Sequence record: NC_106514.1
Direction: 5' to 3' (one strand)
Length of the DNA: 64,000 nt
DNA from: Escherichia phage vB_EcoS_ESCO40
Under the pieces are notes generated by a model that searched no databases, was not told the origin of the DNA, and saw only the letters and a list, made by a program, of their open reading frames with translations. Below, piece by piece: positions 1 to 9,573 of this stretch; the first letter of the stretch is position 1; the number at the start of each line of letters is the position of its first letter. The position numbers and the translations under genes were made by a program.

Positions 1-60
1 CGGATACCCAGATTACGAGTAGCTTTCTTACCATTTTTACGAACATTTTTAGATACTGGC
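1..60 (-). CDS. 5' end of a CDS running off the window edge (N-terminus MPVSKNVRKNGKKATRNLGI...)
   Basis: ATG at 58-60 on minus strand, basic N-terminus, AAGGA upstream and an early-type promoter at 103-131; rest of gene lies outside the window. Confidence 0.4.
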
Positions 61-102
61 ATATTTGTTTTCCTTTTATTGTTTTCTCAAATTTATGAAT
101 AT

Positions 103-131
103 ATTATACAGAATTTTGGAGCCGGAAGCAA
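103..131 (-). promoter_or_regulatory. sigma70-type early promoter (TTGCTT-17bp-TATAAT) with conserved downstream CATAAATTTGAGA box
   Basis: minus strand reads TTGCTT (126-131), 17-bp spacer, TATAAT (103-108), then ATATTCATAAATTTGAGAAAAC. Confidence 0.6.
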
Positions 132-132
132 A

Positions 133-834
133 TCAAATTTTCATTTTTTCGATCATAGCTGCAACACAATAGCTTTCAACTAAGGCATCAAATGCAGGAT
201 CATGCTTAACCGGATAGATCCCATAACGAATGGTGTCCATCTTCTCCATTTTAGCTATTGCCCAGCTAATACCTTCGGTCTCTAGAGCCTTATAACTGTA
301 TCCAGCTTGCATCCAGAGATTACGAAGAGATCGAACATTACCCAAATTCCAGAATTTCCACGGAACTACCTCTTCATTGGTTCCAGCATGGAAAGTGTTT
401 GCAGAGTAGATAGTCATATCAAACTCTGGGCCATTGCCATAATACAAAGCATTTTCGCCTAGAGCCAACTCCATAATATTTTGAGCCATAGAGAAGGCAG
501 CATAGTTAGAGCCAAGTTTATTAGTACAATGATGTTTACCATTTTGGAAGGCAATCAGTTTTGGATTACGCTCGTTCATAGCTTCCATAATGTGGATAGC
601 AGACGGGCTATTTTTAGCTTGATCCATCCAGAATGCTAGAGTAGATGCTGTAACTTTGGCACCAGAATTAAGCTGATCTTGCACATCCAAAGTAACAAAT
701 ACTAGATTAGGGTCTTTATCAATCCCATGCATAGCCACAAAAGCGAAAGAAGGCATTACGATATGAGTAGTACCACAATCCCCTGGAGTTCCTAGAGATT
801 CAATATCTAACATACCAAATGGTTTTACTTTCAT
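133..834 (-). CDS. putative DEDD-type 3'-5' exonuclease (DexA-like)
   Basis: 233-aa ORF; N-terminal FGMLDIESLGT resembles the Exo I D-x-E box; sits in the early nucleotide-metabolism block. Confidence 0.4.
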   Translation of the reverse strand: MKVKPFGMLDIESLGTPGDCGTTHIVMPSFAFVAMHGIDKDPNLVFVTLDVQDQLNSGAKVTASTLAFWMDQAKNSPSAIHIMEAMNERNPKLIAFQNGKHHCTNKLGSNYAAFSMAQNIMELALGENALYYGNGPEFDMTIYSANTFHAGTNEEVVPWKFWNLGNVRSLRNLWMQAGYSYKALETEGISWAIAKMEKMDTIRYGIYPVKHDPAFDALVESYCVAAMIEKMKI

Positions 835-862
835 AACTTATCCTTTATTGCGTAGAAAACTA

Positions 863-1099
863 TTAAAGAGCTGTCTCTTTAATAGACTCCCACTTCTTGG
901 GGTCTTTAAAACCAGGAAGCATATCTTCACTAACATCCCAGTTTTCTTCCATAGAAAAGTCTGGCCATTCATTCCAGCTATCTTCCAGTTCTTCGTAGCA
1001 GGTATCCATTACCTCATGACTAGAAAGTCGTGTATAATCTCTAGCGGACTTATGAGTGCTAGCACGGTTAAAATCATTCTTTGCTACAAAATTACGCAT
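863..1099 (-). CDS. hypothetical acidic small protein
   Basis: 78-aa ORF with GGAGAAAC-ATG ribosome site, co-directional with neighbours; the overlapping plus-strand ORF 848-1114 is judged spurious. Confidence 0.5.
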   Translation of the reverse strand: MRNFVAKNDFNRASTHKSARDYTRLSSHEVMDTCYEELEDSWNEWPDFSMEENWDVSEDMLPGFKDPKKWESIKETAL

Positions 1100-1115
1100 A
1101 GTTTCTCCAAATAAG

Positions 1116-1132
1116 AGGGGCTTTCGCCCCCT
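1116..1132 (-). terminator. stem-loop GGGGC-GAAA-GCCCC (as read on minus strand), terminator-like
   Basis: perfect 5-6 bp GC stem with GNRA-type loop just downstream of the 1141-1356 gene; identical copy at 1395-1410. Confidence 0.45.
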
Positions 1133-1140
1133 GACTTAAA

Positions 1141-1356
1141 TTATTTGCCCAGCAGTTTAAGGATATTTTCCATAATAGTTTGGGCAGATTTTTCACTCTT
1201 GTTGGTTTCAGCCAACTTTAAAGCGAGTTCTTCCTGCTGTTTCTGAATATCAGCAGCAATTTTCTGATCAGCCTCGATACGAGCTTGAAGTTCATCAGTG
1301 ATAGTAGTAAAGGAAGCAACGATTTCAGTAACGGAACGTGGTTTCTTGGAGAACAT
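1141..1356 (-). CDS. hypothetical small coiled-coil protein
   Basis: 71-aa ORF, helical heptad-like sequence (QARIEADQKIAADIQKQQEELALKLAE). Confidence 0.5.
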   Translation of the reverse strand: MFSKKPRSVTEIVASFTTITDELQARIEADQKIAADIQKQQEELALKLAETNKSEKSAQTIMENILKLLGK

Positions 1357-1394
1357 AAAAATATCCTTGATTAGTTAGAGAGCTAGTTGACTGT

Positions 1395-1410
1395 AGGGGC
1401 TTTCGCCCCT
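1395..1410 (-). terminator. second copy of the AGGGGCTTTCGCCCCT stem-loop
   Basis: identical palindrome to 1116-1131, downstream of the 1416-1931 gene; no strong U-tract, so may be a processing or stability element rather than a terminator. Confidence 0.35.
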
Positions 1411-1415
1411 ATCTA

Positions 1416-1931
1416 TTACTTCGCTTTACGTTTACGAGCTGGTTTAGCAGATTTACGAGCGGAATCGCCCGTGAATTTAATACCTACACCATAACACAGA
1501 GCACGAACGTTATCTTTGCTATATTCTACACCAAAGATATTTGGCTTAACAGAACCAAACTGTCCACGAGTATCACGCAATACATCTGCTGTTGGTTTAC
1601 GCTTCTGGTTAACTGCCTTCTCATAGTCTTTCATAGACATACCATTACGAGAGAACAATTCAGCCCCAGCGTTGAAGCTCAGGGAAACTGGGACAGATTT
1701 GTGGCCGTAATTTTCTACATACATAACCATTTTGTAGGATTTACGGGTAGCATTTTTAGCTTTAGGCTTCTGACGAATCGGAGCCGGATTATTCAGTGCT
1801 TGTGCAGCCTGAGCATCGGTAGGATGCTTACGCAGGTGACGTTCCAGGCGAGCTTTGCGATTAGCCTCAGTCTTCGGGAAAGTTTTAACTGCCGGAGCTG
1901 CTTGAGTTTTTGCGTTTTTCTGCTTAGCCAT
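1416..1931 (-). CDS. hypothetical highly basic protein (Lys/Arg-rich termini), possible nucleic-acid binding
   Basis: 171-aa ORF with own promoter at 1971-1999; N- and C-termini rich in K/R/A. Confidence 0.55.
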   Translation of the reverse strand: MAKQKNAKTQAAPAVKTFPKTEANRKARLERHLRKHPTDAQAAQALNNPAPIRQKPKAKNATRKSYKMVMYVENYGHKSVPVSLSFNAGAELFSRNGMSMKDYEKAVNQKRKPTADVLRDTRGQFGSVKPNIFGVEYSKDNVRALCYGVGIKFTGDSARKSAKPARKRKAK

Positions 1932-1970
1932 TATTTATTTTCCTTTTTGTTTATCAATTTATGAAGTATA

Positions 1971-1999
1971 TTATACGAGAATTTGAAGCGTTTAGCAAA
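1971..1999 (-). promoter_or_regulatory. sigma70-type early promoter (TTGCTA-17-TATAAT)
   Basis: minus strand TTGCTA (1994-1999), TATAAT (1971-1976), followed by ATACTTCATAAATTGATAAAC. Confidence 0.6.
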
Positions 2000-2014
2000 T
2001 GAATTTTTTAAAAA

Positions 2015-2293
2015 TTATCTACCAACCATCTTAGCTTGTTCGGCATCTGAGACATATTGATACGCTCCTTTATTATACGCTGGAGCAGTACACATTTTCT
2101 TACGCTCAATCTCTTCTTGAGCTTTTCTTTCGCGTTCAGCTAATTCTTCGTCCAGATAAACTAAACGTTGTTCTGGAGGAGGTGGAAGACGTGTTTCTGG
2201 CTCACCAATATTAGCCTTTCTTATTTGACGAGGTGATTGTGCACGTTTTCTCAATGGTTTAAATCCTAATGAATTTGAGTTATAAATTCGCAT
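2015..2293 (-). CDS. hypothetical protein
   Basis: 92-aa ORF preceded by promoter at 2320-2348. Confidence 0.45.
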   Translation of the reverse strand: MRIYNSNSLGFKPLRKRAQSPRQIRKANIGEPETRLPPPPEQRLVYLDEELAERERKAQEEIERKKMCTAPAYNKGAYQYVSDAEQAKMVGR

Positions 2294-2319
2294 AAAGCCC
2301 CCTCACTTTCAATACGAAT

Positions 2320-2348
2320 ATTATACTAAATTAAAGGGCTTTAAGCAA
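2320..2348 (-). promoter_or_regulatory. sigma70-type early promoter (TTGCTT-17-TATAAT)
   Basis: minus strand TTGCTT (2343-2348), TATAAT (2320-2325). Confidence 0.55.
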
Positions 2349-2368
2349 GAAAATTTTTAATTTATTTA

Positions 2369-2845
2369 TCACATCTCAGCCATTTCAGCTTCAGTAATAA
2401 CTGTATTACATAGTGCATCTACAGCTTCATTACCACTAATTCCTGAGTGCCCTTTTACTTTAATAAAAGTAGGATTAGTATTGTGGAAGTTAATGTATTG
2501 CTGAGTTAATTTAAATGCTTCTTGCCAAAGTTCTAGATTAAGAGGGATTTCACCATCTGCTTTCTTCCAGCCTTTCTTTTGCCAAGAAAACATCCAACTT
2601 TCCATACCATTTTTGCAATAAGCAGAGTCAGTATATATAATAATTGGTCTATTATCTTTTTTAACGGACCAACGTAGAGCTTCTACAATAGCTGTGAGTT
2701 CCATCTCATTATTTGTAGTTTTAGGACTATAACCAGATTTAGAGCCTAAACGATCGTCGTTATCATCATAGACAATAAAACCCCAAGCACCCGGGCCAGG
2801 GTTGGACTTACAAGCACCATCTGTGTAAATGTGGAAAACCGACAT
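2369..2845 (-). CDS. rnh: ribonuclease H (RnhA-type)
   Basis: IYTDGACKSNPGPGAWG, ELTAIVEAL, IYTDSAY and KGHSGISGNEAVDALC match RNase H catalytic motifs; ATG at 2843-2845 preferred over the upstream TTG used in the ORF track. Confidence 0.85.
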   Translation of the reverse strand: MSVFHIYTDGACKSNPGPGAWGFIVYDDNDDRLGSKSGYSPKTTNNEMELTAIVEALRWSVKKDNRPIIIYTDSAYCKNGMESWMFSWQKKGWKKADGEIPLNLELWQEAFKLTQQYINFHNTNPTFIKVKGHSGISGNEAVDALCNTVITEAEMAEM

Positions 2846-3126
2846 TATACCTCCCAACTAATTTTAAGACCTATGTCTACAAAGGCGGCTTCTCGGTAGT
2901 ATTGTGAGAGATGATACCCCTTATCCGATAAGGTTTTTAGTACCGATTTAGCGGCTCCTGGCATTTCTCTAGGATTATATAGCCACCTAGCGTAAGGATT
3001 ATCTCGAATAATTACTTCTGTATTTCCAGACTTAGCAGCTTCTACAATCTTTTCTTCTATAAACTTTAGAAATGCGGGTACTTCTGTTAATCCTGCAAGT
3101 TCTTGGGCTTCTTTGGCTGAAATCAT
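2845..3126 (-). CDS. hypothetical protein
   Basis: 93-aa ORF, stop overlaps the RNase H start (TAATG coupling), own promoter at 3152-3180. Confidence 0.5.
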   Translation of the reverse strand: MISAKEAQELAGLTEVPAFLKFIEEKIVEAAKSGNTEVIIRDNPYARWLYNPREMPGAAKSVLKTLSDKGYHLSQYYREAAFVDIGLKISWEV

Positions 3127-3151
3127 TGTATACCTCCAATTTATAAAATAT

Positions 3152-3180
3152 ATTATATTTAAATTTCACTAAATAAGCAA
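3152..3180 (-). promoter_or_regulatory. sigma70-type early promoter (TTGCTT-17-TATAAT)
   Basis: minus strand TTGCTT (3175-3180), TATAAT (3152-3157), then ATATTTTATAAATTGGAGG. Confidence 0.6.
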
Positions 3181-3196
3181 ATGAAATTTAAATATA

Positions 3197-3214
3197 ATAG
3201 CCCCGAAGGGCTAT
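3197..3214 (-). terminator. stem-loop ATAGCCC-UUCG-GGGCUAU, terminator after thyA
   Basis: 7-bp stem with UUCG-type loop on minus strand followed by A/U-rich tract, directly downstream of thyA stop. Confidence 0.5.
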
Positions 3215-3219
3215 TTAAG

Positions 3220-4059
3220 TTAAGAGGACATTTTAGCTTTAAGAGCTGGATGAGGATCGTACCCCTCTAAATGGAATGACCAAGCTGCCGTATTATTTTC
3301 TAGTAAGTCGTAAAGATCTACAAACTCTGGCATTACTAGAGTTGGCAGAGGGCGTGGCTTGCGTTTTACCTGTTCTTCTACCTGTTCCATGTGGTCATTA
3401 TAGATATGAGTATCACCGCCACTAAAGATAAGATAACGAGGTTTTAATCCTGTCAGTTTTGCTAATATATGCGTTAATAAAGCATAACTAGCAATATTGA
3501 AAGGTAAACCGAGGAAACAATCCACAGAGCGTTGTGTCCATTTAAGATCTAGGTATCCATCGTTACTTACATAGCACTGGAAGCCATAGTGACATGGTGG
3601 TAATGCCATTTTATCAAGTTCAGCTACGTTCCACGCAGAAACTAGGTGTCTACGACCATGTGGATTATTCTTGAGTCCCTCAATGAGTTCTAAAATCTGA
3701 TCTCGTCCGCCAAAGTTGCGCCATTGTTTACCATATACTGGTCCTAGATTACCATTGTCATAACCCATGCTTATAGCTTGGTCTTCATAATTTGGGGTCC
3801 AGATGGTCCACTGTCCTTCGTCACGACCAAATGTGAATACACGTAGATCATGAAGATTTGTGGAACCAGACAAGAACCATAAAAGTTCTCCTACTACTGA
3901 TTTCCAGGCCAGGCGTTTAGTAGTTACAGCCGGGAACCCTTCACGTAAATCGAACTTAGCATAGGAATCAAAAATTGAAACTGTGCCTGTTCCTGTACGG
4001 TCATTACGGGGTTCACCTAGTAAAATTACATCTGTCAAAATTTTTAAGTATTGTTGCAT
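3220..4059 (-). CDS. thyA: thymidylate synthase
   Basis: 279-aa ORF with LPPCHYGFQCYV catalytic-Cys region and typical ThyA N-terminus (RNDRTGTGT). Confidence 0.9.
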   Translation of the reverse strand: MQQYLKILTDVILLGEPRNDRTGTGTVSIFDSYAKFDLREGFPAVTTKRLAWKSVVGELLWFLSGSTNLHDLRVFTFGRDEGQWTIWTPNYEDQAISMGYDNGNLGPVYGKQWRNFGGRDQILELIEGLKNNPHGRRHLVSAWNVAELDKMALPPCHYGFQCYVSNDGYLDLKWTQRSVDCFLGLPFNIASYALLTHILAKLTGLKPRYLIFSGGDTHIYNDHMEQVEEQVKRKPRPLPTLVMPEFVDLYDLLENNTAAWSFHLEGYDPHPALKAKMSS

Positions 4060-4592
4060 TAATAAGTAACCAATTCCTGTACAAATCGCAGGCTGTTATC
4101 ACTGTTTGCGCCAACTGCATAGACTAATCGGGTGGATTCATAGTTATAATCCAGTATCATACTATCTAGGTGTATATCTGCCTCTAGCTTCTGTTCGCTA
4201 AAGATTGTAGATACAAAAGCACTTTCTATATGCCCATGTTGGTACATTTCTAGAAGAAGATTAGCTCCGCCTAGAACTACTGTTTGCTGATCTTTTAGAA
4301 AGGTAGGTAATGTATCACCTATCATTGATATGGGAGTGTAAATATCATGTGTAATATCGTCTGGCAATGGACGATCAGCACGAATAAATAGGTCAGAAGC
4401 TCCAATCATACGTTCCCTAACGGCATATGGAAGAGCTAAATAAGTACCAGCACCAATGATGATGTTATCTGGATTCAACACGTCCAGTTGAGAATAGAAA
4501 GCATCTAGTTCTTCTTTGAAGGAACCCCATGGAAGTTTACCACGGAGGCCGAACTCCCCATTCGGCCCAACTGCATATATTGCTGTAATCAT
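4059..4592 (-). CDS. frd: dihydrofolate reductase
   Basis: 177-aa ORF, N-terminus ITAIYAVGPNGEFGLRGKLPW typical of DHFR; start overlaps thyA stop. Confidence 0.8.
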   Translation of the reverse strand: MITAIYAVGPNGEFGLRGKLPWGSFKEELDAFYSQLDVLNPDNIIIGAGTYLALPYAVRERMIGASDLFIRADRPLPDDITHDIYTPISMIGDTLPTFLKDQQTVVLGGANLLLEMYQHGHIESAFVSTIFSEQKLEADIHLDSMILDYNYESTRLVYAVGANSDNSLRFVQELVTY

Positions 4593-5734
4593 AAGAAATC
4601 TCCAAATTCATTACCCAGATCTTTCAGAGTATCAGTAGAGGTCTCAGTTACCTGACCTACACGGTAAGCTGCACCAATCTGGATTTCTTGCGGAGCAGGC
4701 TGTAGAGAAGTAGTATCCAACCAGTTCATGATCCACGGAATAGGGTTTTTGGTGATTACAGGCAGATTACTTGGCCATTCTACACCGATGTGCATAAATG
4801 CATTGCGCCCCACAAAGTACAGATATTCTTCTAGAAGTTCTGCATTCAAGCCAATCAGACTACGACCTTTGAAAATGAAATGACCCCATTCAATTTCAGT
4901 TTTCAGAGTTTTCAGGAGCTGTGCTGGTGCTTTAGCCACTGCCTCATCTACCAGATCTTTGTCAAATTGCTGAAACATAATCTGGATGATTGCTTTGGAC
5001 ATCTGAGTGTGCAGAGCTTCATCTTTAGCGATTAATTGCAGATTTTTAGCAATACCTTGCAGAATATCGTTCTCTGCTAATGCAAAGGTACATGCAAAGG
5101 ATGCGTAAAACTGCATTGCTTCCAGACCATAGATCGCAAAGTAAGCGTCTAATAGTTTAGCCTGAGTTTCACGTTTAACTTCAGGGAACTCAGTTTCTGG
5201 ATATGTATTGTCGCCACGATGATCGCGTACTGCAATGAAATACTGACCTAACTGGTACAGTTCATCGAATAGTTCAACAGAATCAGCGATGCGTGCGAAT
5301 GCTTCCTGGTTTTTGGTTACAGAATCAATAAATTCTGCTGGATCAGTCAACACATTACGAATAATATTACTATATGCACGGCTATGCAGATCTTCGAAGT
5401 AGCTCCACTGCTTGAGCATACCTTCCAATTCTGGACGACTTACAAGCGGCATAATAGCTGCTTCAGGAGCACGACTGATAAAGGAATCTGTTTGGGTCTG
5501 CCATGCTAAGTTCAGGAGTGTAATTTCCTGAATTTCACGTGGGAGGTTGGGCCATTGTTTCTTATCTGCTTCCAGACTGATTTCAGTTTCAGTCCAAAAT
5601 TGAGAGCGTTGCAGAAGTGCCAGACGCTCTAATTCTGGATGTGCTACACGCACATAATCTGCGATACCTAGAGAATCGCCCAGGAAAAGATCAGCGTTAG
5701 TATGATCCCAATTCAGGTTTAGTAAAGTAGTCAT
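4589..5734 (-). CDS. nrdB: ribonucleotide reductase class Ia small subunit
   Basis: 381-aa ORF immediately downstream of nrdA, typical NrdB size and helical composition; own promoter at 5766-5794. Confidence 0.8.
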   Translation of the reverse strand: MTTLLNLNWDHTNADLFLGDSLGIADYVRVAHPELERLALLQRSQFWTETEISLEADKKQWPNLPREIQEITLLNLAWQTQTDSFISRAPEAAIMPLVSRPELEGMLKQWSYFEDLHSRAYSNIIRNVLTDPAEFIDSVTKNQEAFARIADSVELFDELYQLGQYFIAVRDHRGDNTYPETEFPEVKRETQAKLLDAYFAIYGLEAMQFYASFACTFALAENDILQGIAKNLQLIAKDEALHTQMSKAIIQIMFQQFDKDLVDEAVAKAPAQLLKTLKTEIEWGHFIFKGRSLIGLNAELLEEYLYFVGRNAFMHIGVEWPSNLPVITKNPIPWIMNWLDTTSLQPAPQEIQIGAAYRVGQVTETSTDTLKDLGNEFGDFL

Positions 5735-5765
5735 TGATTTTCCTCTTTCTCACTATTTCAGGAAT

Positions 5766-5794
5766 ATTATAGCAAATCAGGTAGCGATTAGCAA
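5766..5794 (-). promoter_or_regulatory. sigma70-type early promoter (TTGCTA-17-TATAAT) for nrdB
   Basis: minus strand TTGCTA (5789-5794), TATAAT (5766-5771). Confidence 0.6.
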
Positions 5795-5812
5795 GTAAAA
5801 TTTCAAAGAAAA

Positions 5813-5832
5813 AGGAGACCCGAAGATCTCCT
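5813..5832 (-). terminator. stem-loop plus U-tract after nrdA
   Basis: AGGAGA / TCTCCT stem; minus-strand transcript ends ...CUCCUUUUUCUUUG. Confidence 0.5.
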
Positions 5833-5840
5833 TGTTTTTA

Positions 5841-8171
5841 TTAAATAGTACAACCACCGGATGCACAACCTGCTGCTTCTTCTCCAGCACCTCCACCATT
5901 TGCGGTATTGAAGTTAGCATAATACCAAGTTTTCCACCCATACTTAACAGCAGTCATGAAATCACGAACTACTACTGGGCCAGGAATAATTTCATTCTCA
6001 AACTTGGTGTAGTCATAGTACATATTCGTGCTGATAGACTGACTGAAGAATTTCTGCATAGTTGCTACCCATTTGATCCACTCGATACGATCTACATCAT
6101 AAGCCAATTTATAGCTCATTAACGTTTCCCAATCGGTTGCACCTGGAGCAATTGCAATTACTTTATTTACTGCACTACCTTTGATAGATACAATCTTACG
6201 AGGTGGTTCGATAGAGTTAGTAACACCTAACAGAACAGAAGAACTTTCTCCCGGCATCTGAGCAGTCAGAACAGAGTTACGCATACCATATTTCATAATA
6301 TCTGCACGCAGAGACTCCCAATCCATTTCTAGACCTACGGATACCAGTTCATCAACAGTTTTCTTGTACGTGTCGATTACCAGAATTCCTTTAGATGGTT
6401 TAGTACGATCAAACCACTCACATGCGCCCTGTTCTTTAGCCAGGCGTACGGAGGCTTTATGCAGGAAGTAAGATAGTTTTTCAGCCTCACGGTGGATCCA
6501 GTTACGAGCTTCAATACCTTCGTAAGCCAGACCTTCTGCTGCCATTGCACCTGCTGCGTTCATTAGTCCAATACCAACATTACGACGTTTCTTAGCCGTA
6601 TATTCCATAGTTGGGAACGGATAATCCTGAATTTCAATAATTGTATCAACGAATTTCAGAAGGATGTAGCAAGTTTTTTCCCACTCAGCCAGAGATTCCA
6701 TGCGTCCTAGTACAACACCACCTAAGTTGCACAGAGATACTTCACCAATATCCTCCGGCTTCATTTGATCAAGTTGTTCTTTTGTTTTATACAGTTCCGT
6801 GATATGATGGAACGGACGTGTAGGCTGAGTAATTTCAACACAAAGGTTTGTCATACGGATCGGATCAAGGAAGTTACCGTGACGATTAGATTCCCCGATG
6901 TGGTGAGCATACATACGTCCTGTTTCCATTCGGATACGTAGCCAAGTATCTAGGATTTCTTTTGCAGAGACTTTAGGAGCTGCTGGAACTGTTTTTCCTT
7001 CGTGGTCGATCTTTGTAAGAGATGCCACACGTTTCTCCGCTGCCACATAGATTTCTTCAAATTTAGCCTCGTCATCACTATAAAACGCTTCATGAACTTC
7101 TGGAGCATAGAAGTATGACATTAGCGTAATATCTTCATTTTTCAGATAACGTTTTAACAAAAGATTGTTGAAGCTCAGAGAATAATCCATCTTATCGATT
7201 TTATTCTCATCTGTAGCACGTTGCTGCTTAACCTGCATCAATTGAATGATTTCAGGGTCAAAGTATGGATAAGACACTGTAGCAGAACCACCACGAGTTT
7301 GCTGAGTATTGGCCTTTACTGAGCGGTCAATGTGTCGATAATATGGCAGTTTTCCGGAATGCGGGAATGCCCCATTTCGCACCGGATCAGCAATTGATCG
7401 GCTTTCAAGATGATACCCGATTCCCGCTCTGGCTGCGACCATTTTGAAGACGATGTGCTCGGCTGTGTCGATTGAATCCAATGTGTCAGTGGAATCCACG
7501 AGGCAACAACTAGCAAATCCACGATCACTAGAGCGCAAGCCAACCAATGGCGGCGTAGGAATGTTGATTTTGTGTAGCGACATTGCGTTGTAGAGGTCGA
7601 TTGCATCTAGAATTGTCCAATTAGGTTGAGATAACATCGCCATTGCCATACCCATATAGGCGAATTGCGGGGTTTCGTAAATTTCGCCAGTTGCGATATT
7701 ACGACGGGAATACTTATCAAAGAATTGTTTCAATCCTCCGCTAGTGAAAAGACGGTCGCGATCATGGTCGATAACCTGATTCAGAGCTTCAAATTGCTCA
7801 TCGGTAATCCATGCACTCATGTCTTCCCATGCACCTACACTAACCATATGATCGTGGAAGAAGCGTAGAGAAGGTGGTTCGAAGGAATCATAAAGGCGTT
7901 TACGCATCTGCGCAAGACGTAATTCCTTTGCTGGCACGTCGTATGCTGGATTATCTTTGATAAGACTTTCAGCAGCTTTAATTAAAGCATCCATCAGAGT
8001 GTCGGAATCTACAACCCCTTTAGGCAGAGTTTTTTGAGCAGCCATAGTAATGGCTGACCAACTTACATCAACTGTTTTGCAGCCATACTCTGCCCAACCA
8101 TTGAGTTTTTCAGGAGCAAAGTCTTCTACAGTACCGTCACGTTTAATTACTTTTTCAATGCGATGGCTCAT
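5841..8171 (-). CDS. nrdA: ribonucleotide reductase class Ia large subunit
   Basis: aligns by eye with E. coli NrdA from the ATP-cone (VIKRDG) to the C-terminal Cys pair; ATG at 8169-8171 with AAGGA site chosen over ORF-track start 8276. Confidence 0.9.
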   Translation of the reverse strand: MSHRIEKVIKRDGTVEDFAPEKLNGWAEYGCKTVDVSWSAITMAAQKTLPKGVVDSDTLMDALIKAAESLIKDNPAYDVPAKELRLAQMRKRLYDSFEPPSLRFFHDHMVSVGAWEDMSAWITDEQFEALNQVIDHDRDRLFTSGGLKQFFDKYSRRNIATGEIYETPQFAYMGMAMAMLSQPNWTILDAIDLYNAMSLHKINIPTPPLVGLRSSDRGFASCCLVDSTDTLDSIDTAEHIVFKMVAARAGIGYHLESRSIADPVRNGAFPHSGKLPYYRHIDRSVKANTQQTRGGSATVSYPYFDPEIIQLMQVKQQRATDENKIDKMDYSLSFNNLLLKRYLKNEDITLMSYFYAPEVHEAFYSDDEAKFEEIYVAAEKRVASLTKIDHEGKTVPAAPKVSAKEILDTWLRIRMETGRMYAHHIGESNRHGNFLDPIRMTNLCVEITQPTRPFHHITELYKTKEQLDQMKPEDIGEVSLCNLGGVVLGRMESLAEWEKTCYILLKFVDTIIEIQDYPFPTMEYTAKKRRNVGIGLMNAAGAMAAEGLAYEGIEARNWIHREAEKLSYFLHKASVRLAKEQGACEWFDRTKPSKGILVIDTYKKTVDELVSVGLEMDWESLRADIMKYGMRNSVLTAQMPGESSSVLLGVTNSIEPPRKIVSIKGSAVNKVIAIAPGATDWETLMSYKLAYDVDRIEWIKWVATMQKFFSQSISTNMYYDYTKFENEIIPGPVVVRDFMTAVKYGWKTWYYANFNTANGGGAGEEAAGCASGGCTI

Positions 8172-8315
8172 TTGGTTTTCCTTTTTATAGTTATCAGGAT
8201 TTAGGAAATAGTTTACTTTATTCTCAGTCATTTGGCAAATAAAATTTTCTGATAGAAAAGGCCCGAGTATTTTCATACCCAGGCCTTCTGTGTTGTCAGT
8301 CTAGTTTTTGGCCAC

Positions 8316-8513
8316 TTAAGTTCTCAGCAGAATATCTATTGAGGTACTTAGTTCATTATAATTGAAGGGCCGATTTGGATTTGAGGTTACAATTTTCCAC
8401 GCTAGGGTAGTCTTAGGACTTTCTTCCCCTTCCTTACGTGTAATCATATTAGCAGCACTCAGTGAAGTACGATGTATTTTAGTTTTACGGTGTAGATGTA
8501 CGACGTTTCCCAT
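8316..8513 (-). CDS. hypothetical small basic protein, translationally coupled to phoH
   Basis: 65-aa ORF starting 1 nt after the phoH stop, GGAAGG 8 nt upstream; the longer ORF-track version overlaps phoH. Confidence 0.3.
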   Translation of the reverse strand: MGNVVHLHRKTKIHRTSLSAANMITRKEGEESPKTTLAWKIVTSNPNRPFNYNELSTSIDILLRT

Positions 8514-8514
8514 A

Positions 8515-9267
8515 TTACACCTTCCCCATGTCTTTAAAAATATCATAGAATGCTTTAGACTCAACAGAACGAACGTTATCAATCAATTCGATCATTGAGA
8601 ATGGGGCATTTTCGTATTTCTCATAGACTTCCATAAGTAGTGCTAGACCTGAGTCACCTTTAATGTCTTTCTGAGCTATATCTCCGCAGATAATTAAACG
8701 GCAGTCTTGTCCTACACGAGTTAGGAGACAAACCATTGCCTCAACGGAAATATTCTGAGCTTCATCGACAATTACATAGGAGTTGTTGAAAGTTCTGCCA
8801 CGAGCATGTTCTATAGCCAAAAATTTAATTTTCTGACGTTCGACATATCCCTTATAGGCATGATCACCGATGGCCCATTTCATACCATCAGCTATTGGCT
8901 CTAACCAAGGCTCTAGCTTTTCCGCTAGATCACCAGGAAGCATACCAAGAGACTTACCTAGAGGTTCATTAGGACGTACGAGGATCACTTGCTCAATATC
9001 TGAGTGAATGTCTACGAGTTCCTGAGCTGCAAGAACAGACGGGATAAAGGTTTTACCAGTACCTGGCTCCCCGATACCCACAGTCACTGTGTTGTTCTTG
9101 ATCATATTGATATATGATTTTTGCTCGCGGTTTTTACCTACTAGGGATTTAGCAACTGGGTTAGCGTAATCATTAGAAAAATCAGCCTGAATTACGTTAT
9201 TCTCATATTTGTTGCCACGCTTTCTTGAACCATTGCGGTTCTCTCTTTTTTGACGTGCTTTTCCCAT
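8515..9267 (-). CDS. phoH: PhoH-like ATPase
   Basis: Walker A GEPGTGKTF and PhoH-like core; ATG at 9265-9267 with AGGAG 8 nt upstream preferred over GTG at 9276. Confidence 0.85.
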   Translation of the reverse strand: MGKARQKRENRNGSRKRGNKYENNVIQADFSNDYANPVAKSLVGKNREQKSYINMIKNNTVTVGIGEPGTGKTFIPSVLAAQELVDIHSDIEQVILVRPNEPLGKSLGMLPGDLAEKLEPWLEPIADGMKWAIGDHAYKGYVERQKIKFLAIEHARGRTFNNSYVIVDEAQNISVEAMVCLLTRVGQDCRLIICGDIAQKDIKGDSGLALLMEVYEKYENAPFSMIELIDNVRSVESKAFYDIFKDMGKV

Positions 9268-9343
9268 AAATAACACTCCTATAGTGTACTTCGCTTCTAA
9301 CAGAGGATCAACAAAGAGATCTTGTTTATCAACTTACAAATAT

Positions 9344-9372
9344 ATTATAACAAGGTTTACAGCAAAAAGCAA
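9344..9372 (-). promoter_or_regulatory. sigma70-type early promoter (TTGCTT-17-TATAAT) for phoH operon
   Basis: minus strand TTGCTT (9367-9372), TATAAT (9344-9349). Confidence 0.55.
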
Positions 9373-9544
9373 GTATAATTTTAAATAAACCTATGATATT
9401 GCTTTTAAGTAAAAAATTTACTTGCTTATAAAGGTAGAAATATGATACTAGATAATCATTTATTTATATGTAAAGATATTATGCTGTATAGCATCGATAA
9501 AAATTGATAAAAATCAAAAGTCAAATAGTATTAGAAAAATGTAG

Positions 9545-9573
9545 TTGACTTATGGGGTGGAATTGTGTATAAT
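9545..9573 (+). promoter_or_regulatory. sigma70-type promoter (TTGACT-17-TATAAT)
   Basis: TTGACT 9545-9550, TATAAT 9568-9573, followed by AAGGAG site and the 9595 start. Confidence 0.6.

Noticed and set aside
848-1114. Plus-strand 88-aa ORF overlapping the minus-strand 863-1099 gene
   Set aside because: Antisense to a gene with a good ribosome site and consistent orientation with the whole block; no start context of its own.
7316-7868. Small ORFs inside nrdA on both strands (7316-7606, 7665-7868)
   Set aside because: Embedded within a strongly supported conserved gene; no independent signals.
5841-8276. ORF-track N-terminal extensions of nrdA (to 8276), the helicase (from 24128) and the SbcC-like gene (from 34086)
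   Set aside because: Extensions lack homology and run through terminator hairpins or upstream genes; internal ATGs with ribosome sites align with known N-termini.
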